Shown here in pieces: positions 55,501 through 64,000 of a stretch of 64,000 nt of DNA (its first letter is position 1; the number at the start of each line of letters is the position of its first letter). The notes beneath the pieces are model-generated. The model did no database searches. It was not told the origin of the DNA and saw only the letters and a list, made by a program, of their open reading frames with translations. The translations under genes were made by a program, and so were the position numbers. The DNA lies in NCBI GenBank assembly GCA_023228145.1, contig JALOBU010000006.1, positions 12,398-76,397 on the forward strand, in the 5' to 3' direction. The DNA comes from Bacteroidales bacterium. GTDB lineage: Bacteria; Bacteroidota; Bacteroidia; Bacteroidales; CAIWKO01.

Positions 55501-57663
55501 ATGGCAGGGGAAACATCTAAAGGCGGAAAGAAAGCGTCTTTAAAGCAAAAAGCATCACAGCACAGGCCTCCTATTACCATAGAAAATAAACAAAAAAGAG
55601 GACTGCCGGCTAAATATATAAAATGGCTTGTTTTTGCTTTTGCATTAGCGTTATATGCAAATACGCTTGACCTGAAATATGCTTCCGATGATTCATTGAT
55701 GATTACCGGAAATGAGTTTACAAAAAAAGGAATATCCGGTATAAAAGATATACTTACCAATGATGCGTTTGTAGGTTTTCTTGGTAAAAACAACCTCTTG
55801 CCCGGAGGTCGTTACCGCCCCCTGACTCAAGTTATGTTTGCTGTTGAAAAAGAATTGTTTGGCTTTAACCCATTTGTAGGTCATTTGCTTAACATAATTT
55901 TTTACGCCATCACCTGCATGCTTCTTTTTGTAATTCTGCAAAGACTTTTTCGAAATTATACAGCAAATTACTGGTATCTGAGCATTGCATTTATTGCTGC
56001 GATTTTGTTTACGGCACATCCCCTGCATACCGAAGCTGTTGCAAATATCAAAGGGCGTGATGAAATTATGAGTTTGTTTTTTTCACTGCTCACGGTGTGG
56101 CTTGTTCTGGTGTACCTCGAAAAACAAAAACTGTGGATGATTATTTTAAGTGCAGTCACATTTATTATGGCTATTTTGTCCAAAGAAAATGCTGTTACAT
56201 TTATATTAATTGTTCCCCTGATACTTTTTGTTTTTACAAAGTCAAAAAAAAGAGACCATATACTTTGCCTGTCTTCGCTCATAGCTGCTGCCCTTATATA
56301 TTTTGTCTTCAGGATAAGCATGATAGGGTTGAGGTTAGGTGATATTAAAGTAGTGGAATTACTCAATGACCCGTTCACAGACGCAACATTTATTGAAAAA
56401 TATGCAACTGTTTTTTATACCTGGTTAAAATACCTTGGACTGATGATTTTTCCACACCCGCTGACTCATGATTATTACCCAAAACAAATTCCAATAATTA
56501 ATTTTTCGGATGTCAGGGCTTTGCTGTCTTTTTTAATATATACCACTTTACTTGTGTTTGCCCTCTGGAAGATAAAAAACAAAAACATGTATGCTTTCGG
56601 AATATTGTTCTTTTTTATAACTTTTTCTACCGTATCAAATTTTGTGATTAATGTCGGGACTTTTATGAACGAGCGTTTCTTGTTTACTTCTTTGACAGGA
56701 TTCACAATAATTGTTGCATATTTTCTTGCTGTTACTTTGAGAAAAAAAATTAAAAACACTAGTACATACAGAACATGGGTTATCGTAGTTTTGGTTTTGG
56801 TTTTATCGGCTTATTCAATAAAAACTGTTAGCCGCAACAGAGTATGGATGGACGATTTCACGCTTTTTACCACGGATGTTAAGGTCTCGGCAAACAGCAC
56901 AAAATGTAACACCTCTGCAGGAGGCAAGTTGCTCGAAAAAGCCGACTCCAATGACAACGAGATTCAAAAAAATAAATATATAACACAATCGGTAAAATAT
57001 CTTACCAAAGCTCTGGAAATTTATCCCAAAAATCTTAATGCATTGATATTGCTCGGCAATGCAAAAATCAAACAAAAAGAATATGCGGCTAGTCGAAATT
57101 GCTATGCGGCTTGCCTTGCATATAACCCGAAACATAACCATGCCCTTAACAACTTACTGCACCTCGCACAATATACTTATGATAAAGACGTCTATGATGA
57201 GTCAGCGAAAACATATACCCTTTTGTTGAAATACCAACCCGATATACCTGAGAACTATTTCGGCTTAGGCCTTGCATACAGGGGCATGCAGAAATATGAT
57301 TCCGCCTTATCTTTTCTGAATCATGCACAGAAATTAAAACCTGATTATGTGGAAGCTATAAGCAAAATGGGCGAGATTTATGGGCAGGACCTACACAATC
57401 TTGATAGTTCCGAAGCTTTTTTTCAGAAGGCTTTAACAATCAAACCCGATGATGAATCATCACTTGAAAACCTTGGAATTGTTTTTGGCATACGGCGTAA
57501 CTACGAAAAATCATTATTTTATTTTCGTAAAGCACTGGAATTAGAACCCGACAAACATCAGCTTTATATGAATATTGCCGAAACATACCGCCTTATGGGA
57601 GATATGAAGTCATACACTGAGTATAAAATGAAATCTGAACAAATTTTTAATAAAAAACAATAA
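55501..57663 (+). CDS. TMTC-like GT-C membrane protein with C-terminal TPR repeats
   Basis: 721 aa counted from MAGETSKGG. The N-terminal polytopic region has YASDD in the first loop and GGRYRPLT. The C-terminal ~300 aa contain TPR repeats. The gene starts 8 nt after the PP2C stop. Confidence 0.7.
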   Translation: MAGETSKGGKKASLKQKASQHRPPITIENKQKRGLPAKYIKWLVFAFALALYANTLDLKYASDDSLMITGNEFTKKGISGIKDILTNDAFVGFLGKNNLLPGGRYRPLTQVMFAVEKELFGFNPFVGHLLNIIFYAITCMLLFVILQRLFRNYTANYWYLSIAFIAAILFTAHPLHTEAVANIKGRDEIMSLFFSLLTVWLVLVYLEKQKLWMIILSAVTFIMAILSKENAVTFILIVPLILFVFTKSKKRDHILCLSSLIAAALIYFVFRISMIGLRLGDIKVVELLNDPFTDATFIEKYATVFYTWLKYLGLMIFPHPLTHDYYPKQIPIINFSDVRALLSFLIYTTLLVFALWKIKNKNMYAFGILFFFITFSTVSNFVINVGTFMNERFLFTSLTGFTIIVAYFLAVTLRKKIKNTSTYRTWVIVVLVLVLSAYSIKTVSRNRVWMDDFTLFTTDVKVSANSTKCNTSAGGKLLEKADSNDNEIQKNKYITQSVKYLTKALEIYPKNLNALILLGNAKIKQKEYAASRNCYAACLAYNPKHNHALNNLLHLAQYTYDKDVYDESAKTYTLLLKYQPDIPENYFGLGLAYRGMQKYDSALSFLNHAQKLKPDYVEAISKMGEIYGQDLHNLDSSEAFFQKALTIKPDDESSLENLGIVFGIRRNYEKSLFYFRKALELEPDKHQLYMNIAETYRLMGDMKSYTEYKMKSEQIFNKKQ

Positions 57664-57754
57664 TTTGTAATTCTTTCAGAACCTCCTTATAATTAGCTTC
57701 CGCACGTTTTCTTCATCAATTGTATTATATGCAGGTTTAAAAATAAAAATGGAG

Positions 57755-57762
57755 TATTTTTG
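57755..57762 (+). promoter_or_regulatory. -7 promoter box (TATTTTTG) for the UbiA-maf-ABC-F operon
   Basis: Perfect TAnnTTTG 13 nt upstream of the ATG at 57775. It overlaps the longest-ORF start. Confidence 0.55.
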
Positions 57763-57774
57763 CAAATAAATTCC

Positions 57775-58710
57775 ATGTTGAACTATCTGAAACTGATACG
57801 TCCTTTAAACCTGCTCATTATTGCCGCAGCACAATACCTGACATTATTTTGCGTAATACTACCTTGGATAAAGATGAGCGGAGCAGTTATGTCTGTGAAC
57901 CATTTAGATTTTGCACTGTTTGTTTTTGCCCATGTCCTTCTTGCGGCTGCCGGTTATGCCATAAACGATTATTATGATACAGATGTTGATGCCGTGAATA
58001 AACCCGGGAAAAATGTTTTAATTGCACGTATTCATAAGAGGCGCGCTTATAACATGAACCTGGTATTGAATATCATCGCAGGAGCTATTGGTTTTTACTG
58101 TGCATATAAAGCGGGGTCTGTCAAACTTGGTTTTTTGTTTGTAATAATTGCTTTATTGTTATTTTATTACTCACTTAAATATAAAAGGCAGTTTATTACC
58201 GGGAATCTGGTAGTTGCGCTGCTTGGAGCATATATGATACTTGTGGTTTGGCTTTTTCAGTTTTTTATCATAAAAATGCATCCGGATGTTTTCGCCTCAT
58301 TGATAGGAAGCTTAGGAACAATCACTATATGGGTTGGGGGCCTGGCACTATTCGCTTTTTTAACAACCTTTATCCGCGAACTTGTTAAAGATGCTGAAGA
58401 TTATGAAGGAGATAGTTCAGCTGGGTACCAAACTATTGTGATAAAACTCGGAATTGGAATTTCCAAAAAAATCATCTTGTGGCTGACTATTTTTACAATG
58501 ATATTGCTTTTATGTACCCAATACTTGTTATTCGAAACATTTTCTATTGTTTCTCTGTATTTATTTGTAGTGCAAATATTGTTTGTATATTTTTTGATAA
58601 AGCTGGTAAAGGCCAATGATAAAAATCATTTTCATTTTTTAAGTGTTTTAGCCAAACTGATAATTATCGCAGGTTTGTTAGCCACACAAGTATTATACAT
58701 AAGCCAGTAA
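57775..58710 (+). CDS. UbiA-family prenyltransferase
   Basis: 312 aa and polytopic. The Asp-rich motifs are NDYYDTDVD and KDAEDYEGD. Confidence 0.8.
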   Translation: MLNYLKLIRPLNLLIIAAAQYLTLFCVILPWIKMSGAVMSVNHLDFALFVFAHVLLAAAGYAINDYYDTDVDAVNKPGKNVLIARIHKRRAYNMNLVLNIIAGAIGFYCAYKAGSVKLGFLFVIIALLLFYYSLKYKRQFITGNLVVALLGAYMILVVWLFQFFIIKMHPDVFASLIGSLGTITIWVGGLALFAFLTTFIRELVKDAEDYEGDSSAGYQTIVIKLGIGISKKIILWLTIFTMILLLCTQYLLFETFSIVSLYLFVVQILFVYFLIKLVKANDKNHFHFLSVLAKLIIIAGLLATQVLYISQ

Positions 58711-59300
58711 TGATATTAAACGAAAAATTAAAAAATTACAGAATCATCCTCGGATCATCTTCACCAAGAAGAAGAGAATTATTAGAAGGTCTGGGTTTAA
58801 ATTTTGAAGTAATTGTTCGGGAAGTTCATGAAGATTTCCCCGGTGGGCTGGTTCGGGAACAAATTCCACTTCATCTTGCGGAGCAAAAAGCTTCGGCATT
58901 TGTTCCTGCAGAATTTGGTGATAAAGTATTAATCGTCACTGCGGATACTATCGTATGGTTAGAAGATACATTGCTTGGCAAACCAGATAATTACCAGCTT
59001 GCCATCGAAATGCTCAAAAGGATATCGGGGAAAACACATGAAGTTTTTACAGGAGTATGTATTAAGACAAATACACTGCAGTACAGTTTTTTTGCTGCAT
59101 CAAAAGTTAAATTCCGGAGCCTTAATGCCGAGGAAATAATATGGTATGTTAAACACTTCAAGCCTTATGATAAAGCCGGAGCCTACGGAATACAGGAATG
59201 GATAGGGTTTGTCGGTATTGAGTATATTGAAGGTTCGTTTTACAATGTGATGGGCTTGCCCACACAAAGGCTTTACAGGGTACTAAATGATTTGTTTTAA
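58710..59300 (+). CDS. maf: Maf-family nucleoside triphosphate pyrophosphatase
   Basis: 196 aa. ILGSSSPRRRELL, TADTIV and AGAYGIQE are present. The start overlaps the upstream stop (TAATG). Confidence 0.9.
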   Translation: MILNEKLKNYRIILGSSSPRRRELLEGLGLNFEVIVREVHEDFPGGLVREQIPLHLAEQKASAFVPAEFGDKVLIVTADTIVWLEDTLLGKPDNYQLAIEMLKRISGKTHEVFTGVCIKTNTLQYSFFAASKVKFRSLNAEEIIWYVKHFKPYDKAGAYGIQEWIGFVGIEYIEGSFYNVMGLPTQRLYRVLNDLF

Positions 59301-59303
59301 CTT

Positions 59304-61247
59304 ATGATATCTGTCAACCAACTTTCAATCCACTTCAGCGGGGAATATATTTTCGATAATATTTCTTTTCTTATCAATCCGCGTGACAGGATTGGGCTTG
59401 TGGGGAAAAACGGTGCAGGTAAAACGACTTTGTTACGTATTCTGGCCGGCCTTATAGAGCCTGAAAAAGGTTCTGTTGCTTATCCTACGGGGACAAAAAT
59501 AGGATACCTGCCTCAGGAATTGCAGACGGGAAGCACTGAGACAGTATTCGGAGAAGCCCTGAAAGCTTTTTCTTATATTCTCGAACTTCAGGCGAAAATA
59601 AATAAACTTACCCATAACATAACCATTGCCACGGATGTTCATTCTCAGGAGTATATAGGTTTAATTAACACCTTGAATGATAGTGTTGAAAAATTAAAAA
59701 TACTCGGAGGCGATACATTTCAGGTGGATACCGAGAAAGTTTTGCTAGGTCTGGGATTTGAAACAATCGATTTTCAAAAGAAAATGAGCGAATTTAGCGG
59801 CGGCTGGCAGATGAGGGTTGAAATTGCCAAGTTGCTTCTGCAGCAGCCGGATTTACTTCTTCTTGATGAGCCCACCAACCACTTAGATATCGAATCTTTG
59901 CAATGGATGGAGGAATTTCTTATTAATTATAAAGGCGCTGTTATGCTAGTATCGCACGACAGGGCCTTTCTCGACAATGTTACGAAAAGAACCATTGAGA
60001 TTTCACTTGGGAATATTTTTGATTATAACGCATCCTATTCGGCATACATTGACATGAGAGCTGAACGGTTGGATAACCAATTAGCCACCTATAACAATCA
60101 GCAGCGGCAGATTGAACAGATAGAACGGTTCATAGAACGCTTCCGCTATAAAGCAACCAAGGCTCGTCAGGTTCAATCAAGAGTGAAAATGCTGAAAAAA
60201 ATTATTGTGGTGGAAATTGACGAAACAGATGCTTCGGCTATCCGCTTGGTATTCCCTAAAGCTCCACCATCAGGAAAGGTAGTAATTGAACTGAGTAATG
60301 CTAGTAAAAGTTACAATGCGAAATCGGTTTTGGAAAAAATTGACCTGACAGTTAGTCGCGGGGAGAAAATTGCTTTTGTCGGACGTAATGGGGAAGGGAA
60401 AACTACTCTGGTAAAAATGTTGCTTCATCAGGTGGATTTTGATGGTAAGTTTCAACTCGGTCATAATGTGATACCTGCGTATTATGCTCAAAACCAGACC
60501 GATTTGCTGGATATGGAGAAAACCGTATTTCAAACTATTGATGATGTTGCCACGGGAGACATGAGGCCCAAAGTCCGTGCCTTGCTTGGCAGTTTTCTTT
60601 TCGGCGGAGACACTATTGATAAAAAGGTAAAAGTATTATCCGGGGGTGAAAAGTCAAGACTGGCACTTGCCAAAATGCTTCTCACACCGGTGAATCTTCT
60701 GGTTATGGATGAGCCAACAAACCATTTGGACATGATATCTAAGGATATTTTAAAAAATGCACTTATACGGTTTGACGGTACATTGATAATTGTATCACAC
60801 GACAGGGACTTTTTACAGGGGCTTACTCAGAAAGTTTATGAGTTCAGAAACAAAAAAATAAAAGAGTATCTCGGGGACATTTATTATTTTTTGGATACCA
60901 GAAAAATAAATTCCCTCAAAGAACTGGAAATGAAAAAGGTGGATGGCTCAGTGATACAAAAAACTGTTTCTGATCCCGATAATAAAATCCTTAGGGAGAA
61001 GAAGAAAACATTTGAGAGAGAACAGAGACGGCTGATGAATAAAATTAATTCCTGTGAGCAGGATATCACTGTTCTGGAGCAGGAATTAGCACAAATAGAT
61101 AGCATTTTGACAGACCCCGAAAAATATAAAGATGCATTAAACGATTTGGAAATCTATACTAAATACCAGAAAATAAAAACCGAACTGAAAAACAAAATGG
61201 ATACCTGGGAAACTTTACACAAAGAACTGGAAATGCTTAAAGTATAA
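59304..61247 (+). CDS. ABC-F family ATPase (two ABC domains, no TM domain)
   Basis: 647 aa. It has two Walker A motifs (GKNGAGKTT, GRNGEGKTT), two signature motifs (FSGGWQ, LSGGEK) and a C-terminal coiled-coil tail. Confidence 0.9.
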   Translation: MISVNQLSIHFSGEYIFDNISFLINPRDRIGLVGKNGAGKTTLLRILAGLIEPEKGSVAYPTGTKIGYLPQELQTGSTETVFGEALKAFSYILELQAKINKLTHNITIATDVHSQEYIGLINTLNDSVEKLKILGGDTFQVDTEKVLLGLGFETIDFQKKMSEFSGGWQMRVEIAKLLLQQPDLLLLDEPTNHLDIESLQWMEEFLINYKGAVMLVSHDRAFLDNVTKRTIEISLGNIFDYNASYSAYIDMRAERLDNQLATYNNQQRQIEQIERFIERFRYKATKARQVQSRVKMLKKIIVVEIDETDASAIRLVFPKAPPSGKVVIELSNASKSYNAKSVLEKIDLTVSRGEKIAFVGRNGEGKTTLVKMLLHQVDFDGKFQLGHNVIPAYYAQNQTDLLDMEKTVFQTIDDVATGDMRPKVRALLGSFLFGGDTIDKKVKVLSGGEKSRLALAKMLLTPVNLLVMDEPTNHLDMISKDILKNALIRFDGTLIIVSHDRDFLQGLTQKVYEFRNKKIKEYLGDIYYFLDTRKINSLKELEMKKVDGSVIQKTVSDPDNKILREKKKTFEREQRRLMNKINSCEQDITVLEQELAQIDSILTDPEKYKDALNDLEIYTKYQKIKTELKNKMDTWETLHKELEMLKV

Positions 61248-61799
61248 TTTTGCCAGGAACTCGCCTCCCTCACTGGTTGAAAAGAAATACACCGTAGAAA
61301 CAATAAAAGACCACGCTATTACAGATATTGCAAGGTAAACTATGGTGTTTTTGTTGCCGGAATAGTATTTGTTTGCAAGAAATGAGCCCAGAGGGATGGA
61401 GAAAATTGTCGGTGTTAGAATGCATATTCCAAGCAAGCCCCATTTTTTTCGGATAGCCATAAACATCTTTTTGTTTAACGAAGATAGCCGTTTTGTCTTT
61501 GATTTGTTTTGAACAGGAACACCTTGAGGCTTCCTTTTCTGTTTCAGGTTTTGAAATAACCTGATGAAAAAAGGTTTTATGTTTTTTCTGAAAGCGCGTA
61601 TCATCCAACCACTAAGGTGATAAAAAATAAAAACTCCCACTATGCCACCGGCTGCAGTGGCAGCAAAAGTTTCAAGGTAGTTCAGGCCTATTTCGATGGA
61701 TACAGGAGGCCCTACTATGAGCCTGATGCTGCTGAGAACAATTATCTGTATAATTTTAAAGAATGTTTTTACCTGAAGGAGGATGAGCAAAGGTGTCAT
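61215..61799 (-). CDS. Hypothetical small membrane protein
   Basis: 194 aa with about 4 hydrophobic helices and a basic central loop. Its 3' end overlaps the ABC-F 3' end convergently by 33 nt, so the exact end is uncertain. Confidence 0.45.
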   Translation of the reverse strand: MTPLLILLQVKTFFKIIQIIVLSSIRLIVGPPVSIEIGLNYLETFAATAAGGIVGVFIFYHLSGWMIRAFRKNIKPFFIRLFQNLKQKRKPQGVPVQNKSKTKRLSSLNKKMFMAIRKKWGLLGICILTPTIFSIPLGSFLANKYYSGNKNTIVYLAISVIAWSFIVSTVYFFSTSEGGEFLAKLYFKHFQFFV

Positions 61800-61873
61800 T
61801 TGTTATAAATAAGACAAAATTCAATGACAAAATTATAAAAAAGTCAGATAAAAATGAATATTGTTAATAAGTT

Positions 61874-62524
61874 TTATATTTTAATGCCATAAGCCAGGTC
61901 TCCGGCATCGCCGAGTCCGGGAACAATATATGCTTGAGCGGTGAGTTCATCATCAAGTGCGCCAATCCATAAGGTCGTATTTTTGGAGGAGAAATTCTTT
62001 TTGATGTATTCTACACCTTGTGTACTTGCAACAATAGTTACAATATGCGTATGGCTAGGCTTGCCATTTTCAAGCAGGGATTTATGAGTCAGCACCAAAG
62101 ATGCTCCGGTGGCAAGCATGGGGTCCGAAAGAATTAATACTTTGTCAGTGAGTTCCGGACTGGAAGTATATTCCACCCGTATATCAAACTGCCCGTCTTT
62201 ATAATGATATCGGTAGGCAGAAATAAATGCATTTTCGGAATGGTCAAAAAAATTTAGTAAGCCTTGATGCAGGGGTAATCCGGCACGAAGTATAGTGGCC
62301 AGCACCGGAAATGAAATTAAGACGGGGACTTCAGCCACGCCAAGAGGGGTGGTAACTTCCCTGGTCTCATAAGCAAGTTGTTTGCTGATTTCATAAGCAA
62401 AAATTTCACCGATGCGTTCAAAATTCCTGCGGAAGCGCATGCTGTCTTTCTGAATATTTTTATCGCGAATCTCAGCAATGAATTGATTGAGTATGGAATT
62501 ACTTTTTCCTAAAATTTTTACCAT
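61874..62524 (-). CDS. upp: Uracil phosphoribosyltransferase
   Basis: 217 aa counted from MVKILGKS. The PRPP-binding motif LILSDPMLATGAS and the C-terminal YIVPGLGDAGD are present. Confidence 0.9.
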   Translation of the reverse strand: MVKILGKSNSILNQFIAEIRDKNIQKDSMRFRRNFERIGEIFAYEISKQLAYETREVTTPLGVAEVPVLISFPVLATILRAGLPLHQGLLNFFDHSENAFISAYRYHYKDGQFDIRVEYTSSPELTDKVLILSDPMLATGASLVLTHKSLLENGKPSHTHIVTIVASTQGVEYIKKNFSSKNTTLWIGALDDELTAQAYIVPGLGDAGDLAYGIKI

Positions 62525-62579
62525 ATGTTTTAATGTTATGCAGGTGCTAAAATAGTTTTTTTTTATATTGGATTTGATG

Positions 62580-63488
62580 TTATGCAAATAAATTTAATGG
62601 CCAAGGCAATCTGTTGATTTTGATTTGATGGTAATTCACTTCTTCAGCGCCAAAATTTTTGTAAAAACGATAAAGAGAAGGATAATTACTGCCTTCAAAA
62701 TCGAGAACGATATCTTTTTCAGCATTCGCTTTTATAAAAGTATCAATCAGATAATGCATTACCGAGAGCTCTTTTGCTTTTAAACTGGTTGCTGAAAACA
62801 GGAATATAAATTTCTTAAAACCTTTGGCAAATATTATCCCTGCATGTAAATCTTGACCGACATAAGCTTCCCATGTTTCGCAGTGCCCCCGGAGTTGGAG
62901 TTGATAAACAATATTGCGCAGCGAATGGTAAAAATCTTTCGGAAGGCTTTTTAATTCACTTCCTTTATTATCAATAAAAAGCTGGATAATGTTTTCCACA
63001 TTATGGTTTATTATAACCTTAATTTTTTCTTCAGAAAATTTTTTTAAGTTGCGTTTAAGGTTCTCTGAATAAGATTCTCTCAGGGTATCGTATGATTTAT
63101 TCAGGTTTAGCTCAAGATTTATTTGTGTTTGTGAGGGGATTATTAATTTATCTACGGGGTTGTTGTGATTAAGGTTTATCTGGCCGTACAGGATTTTTTT
63201 TGGTATGTTGTTTACAAATTCCTGAACTTTTTTGGATGTAATTTCTTCGGATGAAAAAATTCCTAATTGTTGAATCATGGAGGGGAGAAACAAATATTGC
63301 ATGTTGAATTTTCTACGTAAGGGCAGAGGCATCACATAATCATAATCATCTTCCACCAAAGCATCCCATCTCCCGCACACGCAGTCCAAATACCATGAAC
63401 AGGCATAGAGGTTTGAAATCAAAGAGCTTTCAATGCATCTGTTCCACTTGGTTTTATCTATTTCTCGATGCTGAAGATACGTTATCAT
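62580..63488 (-). CDS. Hypothetical protein (possible FemAB/GNAT-like fold)
   Basis: 302-aa ORF. Only a weak resemblance to acyltransferase-fold proteins was seen, and I recognise no diagnostic motif. Confidence 0.45.
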   Translation of the reverse strand: MITYLQHREIDKTKWNRCIESSLISNLYACSWYLDCVCGRWDALVEDDYDYVMPLPLRRKFNMQYLFLPSMIQQLGIFSSEEITSKKVQEFVNNIPKKILYGQINLNHNNPVDKLIIPSQTQINLELNLNKSYDTLRESYSENLKRNLKKFSEEKIKVIINHNVENIIQLFIDNKGSELKSLPKDFYHSLRNIVYQLQLRGHCETWEAYVGQDLHAGIIFAKGFKKFIFLFSATSLKAKELSVMHYLIDTFIKANAEKDIVLDFEGSNYPSLYRFYKNFGAEEVNYHQIKINRLPWPLNLFA

Positions 63489-63679
63489 TAGCTTGAGTTT
63501 TGTACTTCTTGTTTATACCATTTTATCTTCAATCTATTTGCAATTTACAAATAAAAGAAAACAATTTGCCTAATGCTGAAACAAAATCAAAAATAAGTTT
63601 TTTCCTATTAACTTTTTTTTAAAAATGAATATTGCAATAACATTAAAGTTACCTGATGCTAAATGTCAAATATAAAGCC

Positions 63680-63687
63680 TACTTTTG
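63680..63687 (+). promoter_or_regulatory. -7 promoter box (TACTTTTG) for typA
   Basis: Perfect TAnnTTTG 39 nt upstream of the ATG at 63726. Confidence 0.5.
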
Positions 63688-63725
63688 CAAATTCTTTTTT
63701 TTTGAACTGCTAATAATCACTATAA

Positions 63726-64000
63726 ATGACTCAAATCAGAAACGTTGCAATCATTGCGCATGTTGACCACGGAAAAACCACTCTTGTTGACCGTATTCTT
63801 TACCAGGTAAAATTGTTTCGGGACAACCAGGAAAAGAAAGAGCTGATACTTGATTCTAATGACCTTGAACGGGAAAGAGGAATTACTATATTATCAAAAA
63901 ATGTTTCTGTCAGGTACAAAGGTGTGAAGATAAACATTATCGATACTCCCGGGCACTCTGATTTCGGAGGAGAAGTAGAGCGTGTACTGAATATGGCTGA
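63726..64000 (+). CDS. typA: Translational GTPase TypA/BipA (5' partial, runs off the window)
   Basis: [25 protein letters not shown]...[17 protein letters not shown] carries G1 and G3 motifs and a BipA-type N-terminus. It is absent from the ORF track because there is no stop codon within the window. Confidence 0.9.
   Translation, partial: MTQIRNVAIIAHVDHGKTTLVDRILYQVKLFRDNQEKKELILDSNDLERERGITILSKNVSVRYKGVKINIIDTPGHSDFGGEVERVLNMA

Noticed and set aside
61215-61247. 33-nt convergent overlap of ABC-F and the small membrane protein as a regulatory antisense arrangement
   Set aside because: It is more simply explained by an uncertain 3' end of the weakly supported 194-aa ORF. No structure or motif is visible in the overlap.

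Overview
This is an AT-rich chromosomal window that looks like a Bacteroidota (Bacteroidales-like anaerobe) genome. Three things support that. Four secreted proteins end in a T9SS (Por) C-terminal sorting domain (xPNPxxD/E motif). A perfect Bacteroidetes -7 promoter box (TAnnTTTG) sits 10-60 nt upstream of most genes, and 10-11 nt upstream of both tRNAs. The tig-clpP-clpX order is the conserved one. I call about 50 protein genes. The housekeeping set is murA, purL, tig, clpP, clpX, upp, maf, typA (partial), DPP III, a CapA-like protein, ComB and a Ptb-like acyltransferase. I also call two tRNAs (Gly-CCC, Leu-TAG), several intrinsic terminators and many -7 boxes. In a dozen cases the -7 box shows that the longest-ORF start in the supplied track is too far upstream, so I give revised starts. 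Findings worth a second look: (1) a 148-nt GC-rich intergenic element at 42104-42251 that folds into a closed four-way junction with a loop-loop complementarity and matches no RNA family I recognise; (2) a TetR-controlled envelope cluster at 45476-53598 with two tandem MMPL/RND paralogs, a LolA-like periplasmic protein and an outer-membrane barrel candidate, with no membrane-fusion adaptor, in which the second tetR copy is an internally deleted pseudogene; (3) a 623-bp MITE/IS-remnant bounded by perfect 13-bp terminal inverted repeats, between purL and that cluster; (4) a PP2C phosphatase with a transmembrane segment and two extracytoplasmic LysM domains, in an operon with a TMTC-like GT-C/TPR protein; (5) a GT-C-like membrane protein paired with a B12-binding radical SAM enzyme, next to a secreted Porphyromonas-type arginine-deiminase homolog; (6) a trigger factor carrying a 20-aa alternating His/Glu insertion. 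No CRISPR array, rRNA, intact IS or recognisable defence system was seen. Every family assignment rests on motifs read by eye; no database search was possible.
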